Source of the DNA: Lepidodermella squamata
Taxonomy: Eukaryota; Animalia; Gastrotricha
Direction of reading: 5' to 3'
Assembly (NCBI GenBank): GCA_047495785.1
Contig: JBLDXI010000020.1
Coordinates: 1,798,001-1,862,000, forward strand
Length of the DNA: 64,000 bases
Below, in pieces: positions 58,216-64,000 of this stretch. The position numbers were made by a program, and so were the translations under genes. Under the pieces are notes generated by a model. That model was given only the letters and a program-made list of their open reading frames with translations, ran no database searches and was not told the DNA's origin. Numbering within the stretch: the first letter of the stretch is position 1; each line of letters opens with the position of its first letter.

Positions 58216-60925
58216 ATGTCAAATCACAGTCTTGGGTCGGCAGGTTTGTTGAAGAAGTTAATGCTTCCAACTGCAACTACTGACGATGCAAGTACCCCTC
58301 GTGTTCTTGGAGGTTTCCTTCGATTTCTTTGAAAAAAACTGTGAGTCTCCTTCCTATATTATTTTTCAGTCCTCAATGGTGCCTCTGCGATTCGGAGATC
58401 TCCTATGTTGCCTCTTTCGCCTTTGGTTTTGTCTATTGTCTCTACTCCGAAAGCTGTATTGTCGCCGTATATCGGTATTCTTGCCATCGATAAAAAAATA
58501 GTTGCAATTTACAACTTTATTTCTTACTGGTATTAGCAAACTCTGCTAGTTCAGTTTTGACTGCAGTCACACCGTCTAGAATCGCCCCCAAGCGGTCGTT
58601 AGGCGCAGAAGCTGCTCCTCCTATTGGGCTAACACCGGCTAAAACCGTCCCCAAGCGATTGCTAGAGGGGAAAGCTTTGGAAGACTACAAAACAATCCGT
58701 TCATTAGGTGAGCATTTTATCTATTATGCCAGAATTTCCCTAATAATTGATTCTCAGAAGCTCAACTTGCTGCTACCAAGAGCAATCTTGACGAATGTCG
58801 CCGTGAGAGGGACATTTTTAAGACTTTTGTACCTCAAGGATTGGCCCTCAACGTCAAGGAACAAAATCCATTAGCTTTATTGAGTCGCCAAAAACGATGC
58901 GATCGGCACAAAGGGCAGCTAATCAAGCCCTTGAATGCGCTGTTCGGGAGACTATCGAGCTTCGGTAGTTTCTATCCTGTCACCTCCCTGTCTGTACAAG
59001 TTAGTTTTTTTAATTATCGCTCAGAATTCATCTACACCTCACTCGTTGTCTAGGTGAACTTTAGCCATGGTGTTGCTGCAAAGAAAATTTGGGTTGGTGA
59101 CGATGAGGCTAGGAAAACAGCCCTTAGAAGGTAAGGTTTAAACTATTGCTAGCAATTAGTAGCAACTGATGACTTGTTTTAATCTAGTCTCGTGCGAGAT
59201 TACTCCACGAAGTATTGGTCCATGAGGACGGTGTTTAAAATACTAAAAACCTCAACATATCAAATAACTCAGCGCGAATTCGAACAAGAAAAGAAAATCC
59301 TAGCAAACATCCTGCCCATCCAGGTTGTTGTCGTTCCAGAGGGTAAAGACGTGACCAGTGCTGCTTTCGTGCTTCCTAGTCGTCAGATACCTTACCTTTT
59401 TCGCAATGGAATCGTTCCGAAGCCCATGGCTCCAACTGTCAACATCCGTATTCAAGGCAAATACATTTTAAACTGAAATTTCCAATATTTAATTTTTATT
59501 TCTTTTCTAGGCGATGGTACGATTTTCCGGACGGGCAAATTTCCTCATTACCGACTCAATTACGGCTTTTTTCATCAGAAAGTCGCCGTCTCAACTGTAA
59601 CCGAATACACTGCGGGCGTGTTTTTTGGCAAGGAATCGCGAGAAAACCTGGAATATTTATTGCCAGTATTCGATGATTTTAACGAGCTGAAAGTTACAGG
59701 CCTCACACTTGATGATGGTGTCAAATTAGATGTTACACTGTAAGTTGCCTCAGGCTTTTTCCAGAAGTCATTTATTTCAATATTCTTTAAATATAGTTCC
59801 ATTTGCGCTGATCTACCGGCTATTGGCAAGCTGGTTGGAACTAGCCACACCGACGCGCTTGGCTGCCCATGTTGCGTCTTCAATTTTGTTGACGACGCAA
59901 AGCCTTTGAATGTTCTCATCGACGAAAACGATCGCAAGCCGAAGCGCGATCTGCCTTCCAGCCTCGTTAAAATCGACGCTGACGACATTTACTGGTGCTC
60001 TCTTCACTGTGCCTTGCGTATCGCGTTCCTTGTTCTTCGAGCGGTAAGATCGTCATATCTATTCTCATTGCTTTTAATATATTTTATTTTTTTTTTATAG
60101 TTTTTTCTGTTTATGAAGGAGTCCGTGGTGGATTATGAGCTACGCATCTCCCAACTCGTCCAAAGTTACGACCGAAAGGCAGTTGTCAGCTTTGAAAAGA
60201 GCGAGGTGAAAATCAGCAACATGAATCACCACACGCTTTTCAAGCTGCTATTCGATGCTGACGAACTGTGGTCGCCGATGTCGGTCTGCAGGGGTGGTTG
60301 GGAAGTCGATTACGTCCTGAAGCAGCATCGCGGCTCGAAACCATTTAGCGACTTCCTCGCGCAAAAGCAGATTTCCGCCAAGTCTCTCACTCGCAAGGAG
60401 CTTGCTAGCGCAGCCGTTGACCACGGCTTTTTGGTCGAAGGGTCCCCGATTCAGGCCAAGTTGGTCCAGTTCGCTGAAGCCAAGAAGCTCTACAAAAAGC
60501 TATTCGCTCTAATTCGCTGTAAAGATCAGTCTATTCCGATTCCCGATTCCGACGCTGATTTTCACGCTTTCGCGAACCTCGTCCGTCGGCTTTCGGGATG
60601 CTATACCCCCTACCTTCACATATTTCAATTCCACACTTGGGATAGACTTGAACGTCTTCGCCTCGCTGGAACCTATCTTGCCGCCATTTCAGGTGAAAAT
60701 GTCGAAATCCTGCACAAGATCGGGAAAGAACAGCTTGCGCATCAAGTCTGTCTTATAGGCGGTCATGAGAGTCAGCAGATTATGGAATTGTGCAATGTCC
60801 GTTTGGCCTCGGATATTGGTGCGAATAATGCTTACATCGAATCTCAGCCAACTGTAGTTACATCAGCTGTCAACTTCAGCGATTCTAATGACTTCGAGCC
60901 ATTCGATTTCACGTGCGATTGTTGA
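58216..60925 (+). CDS. RAG1/Transib-like DDE transposase, 9 exons, about 753 aa
   Basis: Manual splicing (58216-58312, 58370-58474, 58537-58707, 58758-58999, 59054-59130, 59188-59456, 59511-59739, 59797-60043, 60101-60925) gives an open frame with QGDG, GKESRENL, CADL...G...CPCC, SLHCALR, TPYLHIFQFH and SGENVEILHK in RAG1-core order. Confidence 0.75.
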
Positions 60926-62152
60926 TTTTTCTTATTTCAATACGACTAATATTCTGAGTATTAATCTGAGTCTTTCAATGGATGTTTTGCGTGGTTTTGT
61001 TGACTAAAAATGAGTATTCGTTCATTACTTTCATTTTTCGATGGCGATCTCGTTGTAGTTATAATTCGCAAAAAATCTTGTTTTCAATCTTGACTGAATG
61101 ATAATTATTTGTGGTCTTAGCTAGTCCCACTAATCGATAGGCAATATATTTGTTTAACGCCGCCTTAATAATTGCTTGTATTACTGATTAGAGGATACGT
61201 CTCTGAGAATACGTTTTTCAAATAGGAATAATTGTGGTTTCATATATTCATTTTGTATAAAATTGACTACGCCGCTTTTCAATCAACACTATGTATTAAT
61301 TCCTCTTTTCTTCGTGACTATTGATCGTTCCATATGTTGTTAACCCGTGCAAACCGACATCGGTGATCAGTTCATCATCATCGAATAGCTGTTTGAAAAG
61401 CGTGTGTTTTATTCTATTTTAATTATCACGTTCTGAGACGTCAACCGCCTTAATGATTTGGGGTCTTACCCAGTCCTACCGGTATTTCGATAATTCTCCA
61501 CCTTAAATAATTACAAAAATTATAATTATATTATTGGAAAAATCTATCCGGTGGAATGTCGGTTTTATGGCCATATAAAACCGCCTTGATATTGTTTAAT
61601 AATGTATATTTTCTTCTCTGAGTTCGTTTTTTATAACGAAATCTCGTGCTTGATTAATATGGCGAATTCATTATTTTATTATCATCGGCTGGTTTCATTG
61701 ATATACGCTTTCCGATTTTCGATGAATTCGTATTAATTTAGCTCGACTTTCGTTTTCAGCTATCTCAATATTTTTTGTGATATTATTCGATAATTTCAAA
61801 GTTTTACGCCGATAATGTATAGCGGTATACAAAGCCACCTTAATAATATTTATGAGCTCCTAATTGGAATTATCTCCTGATTTGCTATAAAATAGCATCC
61901 TCTCATTGAAACTCAGCTCTTTCTAAGCCGTTCTGTTATCTCTGCACCGACCTATTAATGGTATTGTTCGATCTTCCGAGCTAAAAATCTTCACTAATTT
62001 GCCATTCGGTAATAAATAAACAGGAAACAAATAAAAAGCATGCCATGCGTGTGTTTTATTACGTGTTAAAAATTGCGATTGTACAATATTGCGTTGAAGC
62101 AGCCATCATTCATTAGACAAAAAGCAACGAGAAAATCGGACAATTAAATGTA

Positions 62153-62590
62153 TCACTTCTTGAACAAGCGCTTAGGTTTCGGCGCTGGTTGTATTTTGCC
62201 CAGCCTCGAACAAAAGAGCCGAAATAAGATCCGGCGTTCCTGCTTGGCAGCACTGCTGTTGCGATCGTGATCGGGGTAAAGTCGGTATCGATTGCTCATA
62301 AGCACGCGAGGCTCGAGATCGAAATAGGCCGCCACCTCCTCGTCGGTTGTAGGTGTTGTAGGGTGGATACGATTATCAGGATGCTAAAATATAATATAAC
62401 ATAGAGCCAAATAACAAAAATGAAATTAGACTAAAATTACCTCTTCAGCGGTTTTGCTTGGCGTCGTCTTCTGACGATCAGCCACGATTCGGGGTTGTCG
62501 CCGTTGTTTCGGGGTACTGGGAGTAGCCTTAACTTTTCGCTCCATGATATCTACCTTACGACAGGGGCGCTTATGACTTGTTGATGACAT
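62153..62590 (-). CDS. Small basic orphan protein, 2 exons
   Basis: ATG at 62590, canonical intron of about 55 nt near 62440-62385, open frame MSSTSHKRP...KPKRLFKK; Lys/Arg-rich. Confidence 0.5.
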
Positions 62591-62631
62591 GTTAAATAAA
62601 ATGAGGTTCTAAAATAAATAAAAAACAGATT

Positions 62632-63222
62632 TTAGAATCGAACTGAATTTATACGAATTATAGCCTTGCAAATGGCTTGCGGCGAGTTTTCAATAATAGG
62701 TTTTTTCATAGAAAACGAGACGTTATTTACAAGGCTAGTTCTAGTGTTTCTTTTCACGGCAAACAGCGAAACGGCAAAGTCGAAACGGCTGAAAATTTCG
62801 GCGAGATGTTCGGCCGATAGTTGAATGTAGCGCTTTTTCTCGCTACAAAATTCAAACATTTTACTCGATATCACATATTAGTCACTGTTTACCCACCTTT
62901 TAAAAATTTCCAGCTGAGCCAACTTACCTACGGGAAAAACGCAATGACGGGCTACGACCTTGAGCTGATTCAGCATTGGCTTAGCTGCATCGCGATTAAG
63001 CTGGGTTTCGAGTGCTAGAGCCACTTGGTTAGCCAGAAATAGCATTTCTTTTCGGCGATCAAAAACAGCAAAAGGATCGAACAGCTTGAGTTCAAGGACG
63101 CGTACTAGCCGCACTTGTTGCTGTTTCTTTAAGTAATCGTCGACGCGCCGAAATTCAGTCACGGCAGAGCCATAAATCACAGGCTTCTTCAAAGTTGCGC
63201 GCTCTCGCAAACAATAGGCCAT
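62632..63222 (-). pseudogene. Orphan ORF of about 196 codons interrupted by one in-frame TAA
   Basis: ORFs 62878-63222 and 62632-62874 are in the same frame (NSD*YVISSK). Confidence 0.4.
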
Positions 63223-63801
63223 AATTAAGGTGTATAATTAGTTAATGACAAAACTAAGGATCAAAAATATTCAATAGTATTAAATAGGTAGATATATACA
63301 GAAATATCGAACAAATTAAGGTGGCTAACTGATGCCCAAACAAAATGAGCAATTAATGAGCGCGCAGCTGGATCAATGCGTAGAATATAGAAACGCTTGG
63401 ATGAGAAAAAACTAATGCCGCAATAATTATTATAATAATAGCACCAAGCCGCGGAATAGGCGCACTTTCCGCCTTAAGTAAAAAGATTTTTAAGGTGGAG
63501 AGCGCAATATATGATAAGTCTTATAATAAGTGGTAGAGTTGTAACTGGGCCAAAGTAAAATATTTCGCGAATTTTTGATATATGTCACTCAAACCGACCG
63601 ATGCCGCGAACACATGGAAGATTGAGATCGCTATTTCGACCGATCGTACATCAGAGAGACACACCGTGAATTCACGCCGCCTTAATAAACGCCGGGCGGC
63701 GGGCGCGTTACTGCTTGGAGCGCGCGCACGCATATATAGCTTTACCAGGCACCTTCTAGGCACCAACAGGTGCGCTATACAACCTGAATTTCGACCCTTC
63801 C

Positions 63802-63833
63802 GACCACGGAATGACCACGGAATGACCACGGAA
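63802..63833 (+). repeat. 11-bp tandem repeat GACCACGGAAT x3
   Basis: Directly visible. Confidence 0.85.
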
Positions 63834-64000
63834 AGGTGTCAATATTTGAGAATAAAAGAATTCAATACGCGCGCAGAAGAATGGCATACGATCGAACAAT
63901 CGCACACCTTTCAATGCGCTGCGCGCGCGCATTCGAGTGGATAGGCGCTAATATTATTACGAATTGAAGCAAGTGGGAAGAGGATGAAAAAAATTAAATA

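Noticed and set aside
57300-61400. RSS/Transib-type terminal inverted repeats around the transposase
   Set aside because: Only isolated CACAG/CACTATG words were found, with no paired TIR or 5-bp TSD that I could support.
62153-63222. RAG2-like partner gene
   Set aside because: Orientation fits, but the ORFs are short with no kelch repeats or PHD finger.

Overview
Animal (invertebrate, probably protostome) genomic DNA: AT-rich, with many 50-70 nt GT-AG introns and TTTCAG/TTTTAG acceptors. No prokaryotic features, rRNA, tRNA or CRISPR were found. The window has four zones. (1) 1.3-22.7 kb: a head-to-tail array of 20 minus-strand genes, each with a single coding exon and a signal peptide, encoding small secreted prepropeptides. 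They fall into related subfamilies that resemble neuropeptides: a GVDFG family with a DH31 (calcitonin-like diuretic hormone)-like signature, an LRRxxxxGxxRxxxF family, and a W(X)6-7W-amide family of the MIP/allatostatin-B type with one peptide per gene. This is the most unusual system in the window. (2) 22.8-41.9 kb: a detoxification/redox cluster of 8 RDH-like short-chain dehydrogenases (four lack the catalytic Ser), 2 Cys-type glutathione peroxidases (one with an in-frame intron that reads as a mitochondrial transit peptide) and an intronless UDP-glycosyltransferase. (3) 43-57 kb: five highly divergent nuclear-receptor genes, one apparently LBD-only, interrupted by a decayed hAT transposon that itself carries a 1.55-kb insertion. 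(4) 58-64 kb: an apparently intact 9-exon RAG1/Transib-like DDE transposase, followed by convergent orphan ORFs and a recurring CC[AG]CCTTAA motif. Several MITEs occur, three of them sharing GG...CC ends and 8-bp target-site duplications. Gene models were assembled by eye and family assignments come from recalled motifs, not from database searches.
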